A stretch of 64,000 nt of DNA, taken from assembly GCF_009914755.1 (NCBI RefSeq), contig NC_060929.1. The stretch is one strand, 5' to 3'. The position numbers were made by a program, and so were the translations under genes. The DNA comes from the human T2T-CHM13v2.0 reference genome, Homo sapiens. The notes below the pieces were generated by a model, which was given only the letters and a program-made list of their open reading frames with translations, had not been told where the DNA came from and searched no databases. Shown piece by piece: positions 11,655 through 24,336 of the stretch (the stretch's first letter is position 1; each line of letters opens with the position of its first letter).

Positions 11655-12984
11655 TCTGACTTTGGATTTTAGAGACATTATGTTGAGAAGAGTGTTAAAG
11701 GTTAGAGAATAGGGCAAATAAAGAAATAGGAAAACCACATAGGGGATTACTGTTCAGGTAAAAGAAAATGAGGACTGAAATTAAGGCAGGGACATGGGAG
11801 GGTGGTACCTTGAAAACAATTAGGTGGTAGAATTAATATGAAGATGACAAATTGAACACAGAAAATAAGAGAGAGATCAAGACTAGTTTGTTTACTCAGG
11901 AAGCCCTAAAGATGCTGAACATTCTGATATGCATTATTTATACATTGTCTTGAGCAATATTAAGGGAGTCTGCTGAGAGTTAAGCATTTGGGGAGTGAGC
12001 AAGGATATTGAGGAGAATGACGGAATCTAGAACAATCACTTGGAAGCCAAGTAAAAATAATGCCAGGTGGCACTGAGGGTCCAACTGAGGTTGGTCACTG
12101 TGAATTTGCGGTGGTGCCAATCTACATGTCAATGTGGGAGTTTTCCCCCTCATATCAACTTAGGTATAAAGCAGACTGTGGGATTGATCAAGGTGAATGC
12201 ATTTGAGGGACATAGGTGTCATAGGATAAGGTATCAGGGAAATTATGGTTATCAGCAAATAGAAGGTGTCAGGAATTTGTTATGCTTGCATCAAGCTTAG
12301 GAAGAGTCACTGCATGTGGTGATGTTCTTAGTTTGACAAGATAACAGAGTCCCTGACTGGACTGAGTCTCAGTAGATGACAAAGGGTGGGAGGGGAAAAG
12401 GGATGTGGAGTCATGTGTTTGAGGTTCACTGGTCTCTTCCACATTGTATCTGGTCAGGGTGTCTGCAGTGACACCTTTTAGGCTGAGAGTCACCATTGAA
12501 GATGTGGTGACTTCAGATTAAAAGATGAGATTTTGACAAGCTATGGTGGAGGTGGAGGTATGTGAGGTCCACACAAATTGAGGTGTTTCAATAGGAGACG
12601 TGGACAAAGGACCTAGAGCCCCAGGTGAATAAGTGGATTCAATTCAGGTATTTGAAGGCACCAATTCAAATAGAGTAGCTGAGGTTACAGAGGAGATTTT
12701 TTGTAGAGAGGATGTACCACTACAGGAAAAAGTTGGCCCTTACTCTTTCTTTTCCTGACTCAGTTTAAAATTCTCTGCTCCATTTCCTACGTCTGGGGTC
12801 TTGACAAGATATCATGTAAATCTACGATGTAGTTGTACATACTCTACATCTATTGTGACATATATAACTTTTAACATTTAATGCATAAATCTTATCCCAA
12901 CATTCTAATATTCTCTCAACTTTTCCAGGCAGGTTTAAGATCTGATTTATCTGTGTGTCTCCTGATTGTTTGCAAACATGATGG

Positions 12985-13170
12985 GTCAGCCAACAGGATG
13001 CATCTGATTCTCTGGGGGACTGGTTACAAATATAAATTCCTAGAACCCCTAATCCCCTCCTTCAGTAGGGATTCTGATTTAGTAAATCTGTGATGTAATC
13101 TAGAAATCTGTACTTTAAAGCAAACTTCCAAGTAATTTCAATGCACACTGAGGTTTAGAAGCAATTTCAC
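12985..13170. mobile_element. MER5-type hAT-Charlie MITE relic
   Basis: aaattcctagaacccc...gattctgatttagtaaatctg...tagaaatctgtactttaaagcaaacttccaagtaattt...gtttagaagca. Confidence 0.65.
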
Positions 13171-13764
13171 TGAGCCCAGCCTCTTATTATGCCTAGTAGA
13201 TCTTCAAAACAGACTTGTTAAGTGAAAAAAGATCACTGTTCAGTGCTGTTTCTCTTATCAGTCAAATAAGATTATATTAGGCAGGCTCTGGTGGATTAGA
13301 AAGGCATGAGGTAAACTCTTGTTGAAAACATGGGCCTGGATATATAAGGTTTATGATGTTCTTAAATAAAGTGAAGGGCTTTAGCTCAGTGGGGGGACAT
13401 GCTTTTCTCAACCTATTCCAGCAATGCTGATGTGACTAACATAGAAAAGCACACTTTTAAAGCCACAGATTTCATCTTTATGGCCACAGATTTCATCTTG
13501 ATATCCATAAAACAGTTTTCAAAAACCCATGTTTTAGGTTACTAGGAGGATCAAGCAAGAGGATGCAGAAAATTCTGTGCAAAAAATCATGACAATTATC
13601 CACAAAAGAACTGAAGGCACATTCTATTTACTGCTTCTGGGTTTGTTGTGTTATTGTTATACATGAAGAATAGAATCCAAGTGTAATGCACTTTAACAAA
13701 TATAAGTGGATATATGTATTCAAATACATGCCATTTTTACAGACCCTTTGCTTTTCTGTTGTAG

Positions 13765-14014
13765 AAGCAAAACCATCCTTGATAGTTGCCCATATTTGTC
13801 AATATTGGCTCTTCACTGGTATCCTCAGCAAATCAATGGACACAAGTTTGAAGGAAAGGAAGGAGATTACATTCGAATTCCAGAGAGGCTACTGGATGTC
13901 CAGGATGCAGAAATAATGGCTGGGAAAAGTACATGTAAATTAGTCCAGTTTACAGAGTATAGCAGCCAACAGTGGTTTATAAGTGGAAACAATCTTCCTA
14001 CCCTAAAAAATAAG
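13765..14014 (+). CDS. ADGRV1: ADGRV1 coding exon (250 nt, phase 2-0; probably exon 80), GAIN region
   Basis: Acceptor ttttctgttgtAG|A and donor AAG|GTAATC. Translates SKTILDSCPYLSILALHWYPQQING...FISGNNLPTLKNK (within ORF 13706..14095). Confidence 0.95.
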
Positions 14015-14542
14015 GTAATCTTTCATTCAAAACACTTATGTGGTTGGAATCTGATTTATTTCTTTAGCAGGCACACTTGGAATGCATTTGTTTGATCACA
14101 GTTTTGGTAAGTGCTACACATGGTGAACTACTATGAAATGTGTTCCATCTTTATGAACTATTTGTAGAAAGTTTAGTTTCTAAATGAGTTGGAAATATAT
14201 CCTTCATGTTTTGAGTAAAATACATATTATATATGTGGGGAAAGTAAAAAATATATAGCTTTAACTAATATACTATTACGTACTTAACTTTTAATGAAGT
14301 CATCCAGTTAGAGTCAAAGTGAGTGTTGTCAGCTGAAGACTGCTGAATGGCTAAGGCGGGGTAGAAAGGGCACAATGGAAAACCAATCAGATGTCCTGCA
14401 TGCATAAGTGAGCTAAATACTAACAGTGAAAGAAAACAAATGACTGTAGCTACTAGAAAAATGAAGTCAAGTTCAGGGTAAGAGACTCAGTCATTACACC
14501 AATTGTAAAACATCATTATATGTTCTGTTTTTAACATTCTAG

Positions 14543-14682
14543 GTATTATCTTTGAGTGTGAAAGGTCAGAGTTCACAACTCCTGACTAATGACAATGAGG
14601 TTCTCTACAGGATTTATGCTGCTGAGCCTAGAATTATTCCTCAGACATCTCTGTGTCTCCTTTGGAATCAGGCTGCTGCAAG
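14543..14682 (+). CDS. ADGRV1: ADGRV1 coding exon (140 nt, phase 0-2; probably exon 81), GAIN with first GPS C-x-x-W
   Basis: Acceptor ttttaacattctAG|GTA and donor AAG|GTACTT. Translates VLSLSVKGQSSQLLTNDNEVLYRIYAAEPRIIPQTSLCLLWNQAAA(S); phases join correctly. Confidence 0.94.
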
Positions 14683-16221
14683 GTACTTATTAATAAAATA
14701 AAAAAATCAGAATTTGGTCCTTCCCCATTTCGGTACCACTGAGCCTAATGTTTTGTACTGAGCATAGATGGTGGCCCCAGATGACATTAGACTGGAAAAT
14801 AACCTCCACAATAAATAAGAGGAAGCAGCATAGGAAATGGTCTAGTATTGTTCTGATGGCAAATGCAGCCCAGCATTTCAATATGTGTGTAGCACATTAT
14901 TTACTTCTTCATTTTTACTACTTTCACGGGATGTGGCATGAATTCTGCTCAATTCTGATAACCTTGAAGTTACTAGTAAATTTATTGGGCAGGAAAGAAA
15001 TTCCTTCTTTTACCCTTTCCATCTGGGCTTGTGGTTCTGGAAACTGATGCCTTGTGTTTAAGAAGAATCAGCAGGAATTTATAATTCTAGTCCACATGGC
15101 TTGAAGTACATTTTGAGATTAAATCCATGGACACAAATGGGAAGGAAAGAATGATTCTTTTTTTGAATCTCCTCGGCCTCAGGCCTCAAATTTCTGAGCA
15201 GTTACAGTCACTAGGAGCTCAGTCAATGCTGCAGGATCAGGCAGTGCTGGCCTAGAAGGGTCTAGGGTTCCTGTCAGCCACTTGATTTTGTTTATTACTG
15301 AATTTCAGCCACACAAACTAAAATTCTAAATAGGTTTAATACAATAGCTTAGTTTGGTAACCAACTTTCCTCAAAAACACTGAAATTTCTGCTTTCTTTC
15401 TCTTAAAAAAATTCCACTTGAAATTTCTTCCTAGGTTTAAAACAAATCTTAAACCTAATAAATAGAAATACTCTGAAATCTTCAATATATAATTAATAAT
15501 GAATGTTTCAAGCTGCATCTGGAGTTTGGGTAAGGAAGTTTTAGGTCCTTAAAAAAGTAAAGAAATTAAGAGGCATTTTAAGGGAAGAGGCTCAAGTGAT
15601 AGTCACTGAGGAAGGCTCAGAAGGCTTGGCATCAGATACAATGTTTGCTAAAATTATGACATGGTTTTTCTGCTAAATTAGCCAGAATTCATAAAGGAAA
15701 CACTTTTAAGAACCTTAGAAAACATACACATAAGTCACTCCAAAGTAGAAAAAAATTGAGGAAGAAATCTTAGATAACCATACAAGTAATTTATATGGTT
15801 CAAAATACAAGGACTTGTGGAAGAAAAAAAACAAAGAAGAGTAAACACATATCACAGCCATGTTGTTCTTGTGTGAGTTTTGAATGGTAGAGAAGAGTGC
15901 CTTCTATTGAGCATGTCGGGTAGGTTTGCTAGATTAGGTAGGAATTTGTACTGCCCTGTTGAGAGGACAAGCTCCTTTGGTACCAGGAATGCCTTCAAAG
16001 CTTTGGTTGGTATTTAGGCTGCTTCTTAAGACATCCTGTGGAATCTGTCATGTCATGTCCTGGACAAGATGTTCCCTTCACTGTTTCTTCTTGAAAATGT
16101 GGTCTACTTAAGTCTTGAGCAAAGAACACTTAATTTCAGTAAGCTATTTTTCTTTAAAAGCCATCTCAACACCTTCAGTATTGATGAAAGAGGAAAAATG
16201 ACTATTGTGTTTTTGCCCTAG

Positions 16222-16382
16222 CTGGTTGTCTGACAGTCAGTTTTGCAAAGTGGTTGAGGAAACTGCAGACTATGTGGAATGTGCCTGTTCACACATGTCT
16301 GTGTATGCTGTCTATGCTCGGACTGACAACTTGTCTTCATACAATGAAGCCTTCTTCACTTCTGGATTTATATGTATCTCAG
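16222..16382 (+). CDS. ADGRV1: ADGRV1 coding exon (161 nt, phase 2-1; probably exon 82): GPS autoproteolysis site, Stachel peptide, start of TM1
   Basis: Acceptor ttttgccctAG|C and donor CAG|GTCAGT. Translates [53 protein letters not shown], matching the GPS W..C..CxCxH-x-S/T motif. Confidence 0.97.
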
Positions 16383-17140
16383 GTCAGTGACAGTATTTTT
16401 GAATCAATGGTTATAAATATTTATGAAAATGAAAGTCTGTTTTCCCATAATCCTTTTACGTATGCAAGATGCAAACATACCGTAATTCATCAGCACTAGA
16501 AGAATACAAATTTTTCGTTGTCTTAGTCATTAATTCATTCAACAAATATTTATGGAGGGCCATCTCTGTACTGAGGATACAGTAAAGAATGAGACAGTTT
16601 CACCCCATAAAGAATATGTAATACAGTGTAGGATAGAAGCTAGATAATAGGTAAGGAAAGGCTATAGTTTACAGTACCATGGTTTAGAGGGCAGGTACTG
16701 CAGTTACAATGTGAGGACTATGTGAGATATTAAATAATACATACAAAGAATTTTCAAAAAAATACATGCAAAGAATTTTGTGCTTTTATTGTTTTTAAAG
16801 CTACCTCATGGGTAGATTTTGTATTCTACAACTTAAGAGTTGTGAATATGCCAACCACTGTGTTAAAAAATAAATCATCTTTCACATTCCACATCTAGGC
16901 CTCATATTTGGCAGTAAGAAGAAATTAAATTGTATTAATGTCTGTCAAACTATTTACCCAACAACATAACAATAGAAGTATTATTATTTGCTGTATTAAT
17001 TATATGGTCGGGCATCTGAGAATTCCTTAAACTATAATTCTATACCCCACCCTCACCCATTCTGTGCCCTGATTCTCTTCTTTCAGCCCCACAACTTTTT
17101 CTATGAACAAGGTGCTATACAGTGAATTAAATTAAGAGCT

Positions 17141-17325
17141 GGGCATAGGGTAATGGTTAAAAAATGCAAACTTTGGAGCCAGACTGCTTGGGTTCAAATC
17201 CTAATTATGCTGTTAGCTAGTTGTGGGACCTGGATCAAATTACTTAGTTTCTCTGTACTTCATTTTTCCCACCCATGATATTTGATTATAAATTGTGTCT
17301 ATGTAACAGGGTGATAAATATATGA
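17141..17325 (+). mobile_element. MIR SINE
   Basis: taatggttaaaaaatgcaaactttggagccagactgcttgggttcaaatcc...aaattacttagtttctctgtacttcattttt. Confidence 0.85.
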
Positions 17326-18957
17326 AGTCAGACATTTCTAACATTCTGCTTTAGTGATATTTTGTCTGTAAATGTGATTATTATTGAATGCATATCTCTT
17401 GTATTTGGTATGCAAACAGTCTCTCTAATAGTCATTATCTTTTAGGAAGTTTATCTGGAGATAGAATCAAGTAATTAATTACTATTTGTTCTGGTTGCCA
17501 GTCTTTCCAATATAACTTTATTTTATATAGTTATAAATTTTCTTTAATGTATTTTAATTCTGAACCTAACTTCAATTCAATAGCAAGATAATAACTTCTT
17601 ATTCTTAATATCTTTCATAAAGGATGACATTTCTTATTTAATAGAATCTTCTAGGTCCACATAGTTCCAAAATCAGATGGAGACATCCTATTTTACTTTT
17701 ATGCTAATGTATTTAAAGAGCAAAGAAATTTTATAGAATGATGAAATAAAATCAAAAGATATAATGTTGAAATACAATCTAGATGTCATTTTACATGTTT
17801 CCATAGAGGCATAGGTTTATGTGCTGCTATGACCCACAAAATCCCTTGCTTGTTCCCAAAGACTGAATATAAAAAAAAAAAGGAGTTTTAAAAACTAAAG
17901 AGAGAATGTTATCCTGATTTTATAGAAAACTAGTAGGACTGAATATAATGAGTTTCCTGGAGAATCATTAATAAATACCTGTATATCTTTTCTGCAACTT
18001 ACTCTAGAAAAGGCTACATGGATTTGCTCATGTATTTGAGAATCAACACCTAAATGTTAGTATCTGCTTTTATCACTTTTGACTTGGAGTCATATTTGAA
18101 ATTATTTTATTCTCTCTGTCCATGTCATATTGTTATGTAATTGCATGTTCTGTCGATAAGGAGACACAAAGTCTTGTCTTTGTACCTCAGTTTCAGCTCA
18201 TCCCTCAGGGCTGGATGAATTCCCATCCCTCTGATGGATCCCCAGGAACCAGAAAAGAGAATTTTATATATCTTACATACATATTCTTTATATATCTTAT
18301 ATACATATTCTATAATTTAGGTCAAGACACATTGAATATCACTCTGAACTTGATAGAACTTGGCTAGTACTTTTCCTGAAATACGGCAGTATACAATTAG
18401 ACAGGAATTTAACCTTTTTTTAAAAAAACAGAGTAGATCACAATGTATCGGTACCAATTCTAGTTTGCAGTTCTATTTACTATACTAGAGCAGAACTACC
18501 CAAATGATCAAAGTGTGTCAAATAGTTGTAGAGGCCAAAAAGCTTACCACTTCTCAGCTTAGAAAGATGAAAGAAAAGGGCATATACCTGTGACTTAAAA
18601 TTGTAAACTAGTTTGCCAACTATCAGAAAATTAAACTAAGATCATTCCTTGAGGTTAAAATGAAAGGACAAATCATCCATTGCTGTGGGCATTAGAGTGC
18701 AGCATTATGGAACTCAACACAAAGATGGCTTGGGAGAAATATAACAAAATAATTACATAATAAAGCCATAATTTTGTAGTATAATTATTAAGAAACTTCA
18801 GCATGGTTTGAGATACACATTGCTATTTTGAGGATGTCAAGGAAGCCTACTCTGCCTTCCCATAACTCTTTTGATATTGTACTATCAAAGATAAGGCTAT
18901 TGGTTATGCTACTGCATTGAGTTTGACTCTGAATACAAGTCTTATAGTCTTGTAATC

Positions 18958-19128
18958 TTTTTTTTTTGAGACAGAGCACCACCACACTTGGCAAATTTTT
19001 GTATTTTTTATAGAGATAGGGTTTTGCCATGCTGCCCAGGCTGGTCTCAAACTCCTGGACTCAAGCGATCTTTCCACCTCACCCTCCCAAAGTGCTGGGA
19101 TTACAAATGTGAACCACCATGCCTGGCC
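18958..19128 (-). mobile_element. AluJ with most of the right arm deleted
   Basis: Poly-T-gagacagagc joins directly to accaccacacttggc-aatttttgta, followed by an intact left arm. Confidence 0.88.
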
Positions 19129-19604
19129 AATATGGACATATTATTTGGGATGAATTTGGCTACAAGTAACAGATGATGACTCAAAGATATCTTAAACAAA
19201 TATATTTAGTTCCCAGATTAACTAATTCAGTGCCTTAATGGTGTTGTCAGCAGCCCAGGCTCTTCTCTTTTTATCCTCAAGGATTTTTTTCCCTCAGCTT
19301 TGTTTGTACATGGTCTTAAGTTGGCTCTAGCAACTCTAAGCATCACACTAGCAATGTCCAGGCTTGCCAGGGGGAAAGCTCTTGAGTCCAGTTTTAACAG
19401 CAGTGAGAACTTTCTAAAAAGCCACCCAAAATGTTTTCCCTTGTGTCTTTTTGATCAGAATTATATTCTGTGTGCTTTCATAACTAGTCTGTGTCTTGGA
19501 GAAGATCCAGATAGAAATACAGAGAGACAAGCACTGAAAGAGCAGCAAGGATTTATCTTTCCGAACATTGCCCAGCAGTCCCTGACATATACTAGTTCAT
19601 TGGT

Positions 19605-19757
19605 TGTTTTGTAGAGATGGTGGGAGTGAGGCAAGTGGGCGCAGGAGTTCCTACTATATTGCTCAGGCTGGTCTCTAAAACTTCTGGCCTCAAGCGATCC
19701 TCCTGCCTGAATCTCCTAAAGTGCTTGAGTTACAGCTGTGAGTCACCACACCAGCCT
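19605..19757 (-). mobile_element. Alu monomer (FLAM/left arm)
   Basis: gtagagatgg...ttgctcaggctggtctc...ctcaagcgatcctcctgcc...gagtcaccacaccagcc. Confidence 0.8.
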
Positions 19758-19908
19758 GACATACAGTAGGTTTTAATAGATATTGGTTAAGTAAATAAAT
19801 ACACAGTATTGATCTGATGATATCCTCCAATAATGAGATGTATTTTTGCTATGTGTCAAGTTCATACTTTCAAGTGCCATACCATATTTTTCTAGCCATT
19901 TTTAATAA

Positions 19909-20070
<162 letters not shown>

Positions 20071-20139
20071 TAATTTAAAAAATTATTTTAAAATGTGGCA
20101 TATTCTTTCTTGCCTTCACTTAGGATAGTTTAACACAAC

Positions 20140-20650
20140 ACTCTCCAATAGAGTTTTCCAGGTTGATGGGGATATTTTACACTGTCTAGTGTGGTAGCCA
20201 CTAGTCACCAGTGGTGACTGAGCCCTTGAAATATGGCTTATACAAGTGCAAAGATGAATTTTTAAGTCTATTTCATTTTAATTAATGAAAATTTAAATTT
20301 AAGGCTGGGTGCTGTGACTCATGCCTTTAATCTCAGCACTTTGGGAGGCCAGGAGTTCGAGACCAGCCTGGGCAACTTAGCGAGACCCTGTCTGTACAAA
20401 AAGTAAAAAAAAAAAAAAAAAAATTAGCCAAACATGATGGCACATGCTGTAGACCCAGCTACTCAGGTGGCTGAGACAGGAGGATTGCTTGAGCTCAGGA
20501 GTTCAAGGCTGCAGTGAGCTATGACCATGCCATTGCACTCCAGCCTGGGAGACTGAGCAAGACCCTGTCTCTTAAAAAATAATAATAATAATAATGAAAA
20601 TTTAAACTTAAATACCCACATGTGACTAGTGGCTATTGTATTGAACAGCG
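20140..20650. mobile_element. MER3-like DNA transposon split by an Alu insertion
   Basis: ctccaatagag...gtagccactagtcac...cttgaaatatggct before the Alu and ccacatgtgactagtggcta...ttgaacagcg after it. Confidence 0.75.
20303..20592 (+). mobile_element. AluJ with ~19-bp TSD and short internal deletion
   Basis: TSD aatgaaaatttaaa(t/c)ttaa at 20284-20302 and 20593-20611; (AAT)n tail. Confidence 0.92.
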
Positions 20651-20787
20651 TTAAGTTCAACCACCCTGTTTATCTGGAGGCTAGTCTCCTGGCAACCTCA
20701 CCACTCTAGAATAACTCCTTTCCCCTAATACACAGAACTTTTATACTGTAAAATGCTTCGTACTGACTTTTGTTCATACTAGAAATC

Positions 20788-20977
<190 letters not shown>

Positions 20978-21096
20978 GTGCCTTTAGCTTATTAGTAGCA
21001 GTAACCAAAAGGCATTATGCTGAGAAGAGAGTTGCAGAAACATGGGAATCAATAGTGATAAGCAACAAAAAGTACAAAAAGTGACAAGCACAGCAG

Positions 21097-21185
21097 TTAG
21101 GTTGGTGCAAAAGTAATTGCAGTTTTTGAAATTAAAATTAATTAAAATTGTTGCCAAAACCATCATTATTTTTGCACCAATCTAA
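21097..21185. mobile_element. MADE1 (Hsmar1-derived MITE)
   Basis: TIRs TTAGGTTGGTGCAAAAGTAATTGC ... ATTATTTTTGCACCAATCTAA followed by TA. Confidence 0.93.
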
Positions 21186-21662
21186 TACATTAGGTGGTAT
21201 AATAAAAAAAAAAAAAGCCTAAGCTAAAAAGCTAATAGTGGATTTAATAATGAAATAATGATAATTTGGTTTTATTTGGATTTATCTGTAGAGAAGGCAG
21301 ACAGATAAACAAATAATTTGTAAATATTTTAAGGAAAATTTCATGAGAAAACGTACTAATACTTGTCTTGTGAAAGAGTAAACTTAAGTTATTTGGAAAG
21401 TATCTCTCATTCTTAAGTGATGCCAAATAATGAAGATGTTTATAAACATATGTAATGTATATATGTAATTTATGTACAAACATTTCATATGTTTATATGT
21501 ATACAAACTTTCAAATATTGTAGAGATAGATAAGAGAATCTGTAGTCCAGTATGATAATAAAAGACTTTAGCTGTTCTTTACCAATTAGATGTTCTTTTA
21601 GAACCGAATCTCTAATCCACATAGTGGTAGGAAAAAAAAGAAAAGGCAAATTACTCAATTAG

Positions 21663-22090
<428 letters not shown>

Positions 22091-22837
22091 ATACTTTATT
22101 TTTTAAAAAATCATTCTATTTATAGTTATAACACTTTATGCTTTGTAATTTGCATATTTATATTAAGGAATTTCAACCAAAAAGTTTCTGCAATTAAAAA
22201 AAGATTTCTAAGTTTAAATAGATGTTAAATATAGCTATTTAATTTCAGATGAAAAAATAAAAGATAAGTATTTAGTATATAGTGTCTTAGAAACCTGATA
22301 ATTGAAATAATTGTTTCTTTAAATTTTAGGTATTCAATATCCTCACCCAAGCCAGATGAGTTTCCCTAGACTAGGACCCAGCCTGTTTGAGGTTTTATCA
22401 ATATTATTCTCCCCTACGTAAAAAACGCATCTAGATAACTATGATGCGTTATAGTTATAGGCTGGTAGAATCTCACCTATCTTCCTGCCACTGGCTTTGA
22501 ATCCTGAACTGCCACCAGGTGTCATGCTAGCATTTTAACTGAAGCCTAATATACTTAATTAAATATTTCTAAGCTGGTCAAATTTAGTATACTAAATGTA
22601 TATCATGAAACAGGAGTATAATAGAGCATTACTAAGTTAAAGGAAAAGGCTATAAGTAAGCTCTTCTTGTGCACTAGAAAAAAGTTGACTTGTGTATGTC
22701 TCCTTGCTGAGCACTAATTCCTTGCCTCACATTGTCATCCTCTACCACAGTCAACTTACAGCAGAGCACATATTTGTGATCATGTGCCTTAAAATGAAAA
22801 AACCTTGCAAGGCTTGCTTTAAAGTCAGTATATTACT

Positions 22838-22905
22838 CACACACACACACACACACAGACATACACATGCACACATACATGCACAGGCATGCACATTCAC
22901 ACACT
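22838..22905. repeat. (CA)n microsatellite with degenerate tail
   Basis: Read directly. Confidence 0.9.
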
Positions 22906-24235
22906 CAACTTAAGACTTGAATTTAAGCTGGCTTTTATCATCCTAGGGAATTCAAAGTATGCATTACTTGAGTTCTGAGCATCAACTCCAATAGTATATA
23001 GACTACCTAAGTCAAGATGCACAATATCTAGCATGACTCTGCAGTTCCTGAAGATACACTCTGTACTTGTGTGGGTGAATTTTGAAGCCAGACCCAGGAC
23101 CTACACACCTGTTCCAGAACACCCCATGGAAGCCTTCCCAAAAAACGGATTGCTCTAGATTTCTTGGCCAAATTTCTAGGCCAAAAGCCTTGACTAACGC
23201 AAAGCTTCCCTTGTTGTGGAGAGCCTTGTCTACCTTGTTAAAATTTAAAAATATAACTCAAATGGTTTCTCAAAAAGAAGTTATGAGAAAATGAGTAACA
23301 AGACCCCATGTGGACCTTTTGCAGATGCCCAGTCCACTTATGCCAACATGCAGTGTATTCTGAAAGTTTGTTCCACAGCTTCAAAAGAAAACAAAATGTT
23401 AAATGAGTGCAGTGCCTCCTGTTTATTAACGAGGCATTGATATAACTAAACGGGTAAAAATGCAAAGCACATGGCAAAGCAGTATACATATGTCAATTGC
23501 TGTTATGTTTCAGTAATCCTTAGACAAAATAACCCTACTGAGAATAAGAGTGGGGTAAAAGCTTAAGTGAAAAAGCAAATAGGTTATCATATGCAGCACA
23601 TTTAAGTCTTAAAAGGCAGAAAATATTTTTAAAACACATGTATACCCTGCCTTTAAAAATCTAACATTAAAAGAAATTTATATGAATTGCAAGATAAAAG
23701 ATTTGTTGGATTAGTGCTAAGGTTCTAACTATCCCTTTGAAGTAGTGTAAACAGGTGAATTCAAACAAACTCAAAGATAATAAGAATAATTTTCTTCATA
23801 CAACTTAGAAATGTAGAAGTTTAAGTTAAAAGTCATTGTGGAGAAAATAGCACACTTTCTTCCTGGTTTGGGCATCCAGTATTGCAAAGTTGCCTTTAAA
23901 ATTCATAACTAACACTATTGTAATTACAGAACTATTTCTAGTAGATAAAAAAGGGGTAATTACCAAACCTGAGTTTTGGTAGGACCAGTCAAAATTTTAT
24001 GACTGAAAAATCCTATTCACATGCCTGAATATTGGGCTTAACTGGTAAGTGTAAAGATCTTACTTGTCATGGAAAATGGAGTAGATTACAATTGCCATGT
24101 CATCTTTTCCAGAGGTACTGGGCAGAGGCAGGTGGCAGACCTGACATGCCTAGCTGCCCCCAAAGATTCTTGCTATGATGCTGTTAGAATCTTCATGGAT
24201 TATTAAACCATATGTGGACTTTTTTGTTCCTACAG

Positions 24236-24336
24236 GTCTTTGCTTGGCTGTTCTTTCCCATATCTTCTGTGCCAGGTACTCCATGTTTGCAGCTAAACTT
24301 CTGACTCACATGATGGCAGCCAGCTTAGGTACACAG
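24236..24336 (+). CDS. ADGRV1: ADGRV1 coding exon (101 nt, phase 1-0; probably exon 83): end of TM1, ICL1, start of TM2
   Basis: Acceptor ttttttgttcctacAG|GT and donor CAG|GTAGGA. Translates (G)[33 protein letters not shown]. Confidence 0.95.

Noticed and set aside
13462-13499. 17-bp direct repeat (period 21); similar micro-duplications near 18263-18311 and 42786-42832
   Set aside because: Ordinary slippage duplications with no sign of function.
23080-23420. Possible minus-strand exon (acceptor-like ttttgttttcttttgaag)
   Set aside because: No convincing matching donor or frame; cannot support an antisense exon from sequence alone.
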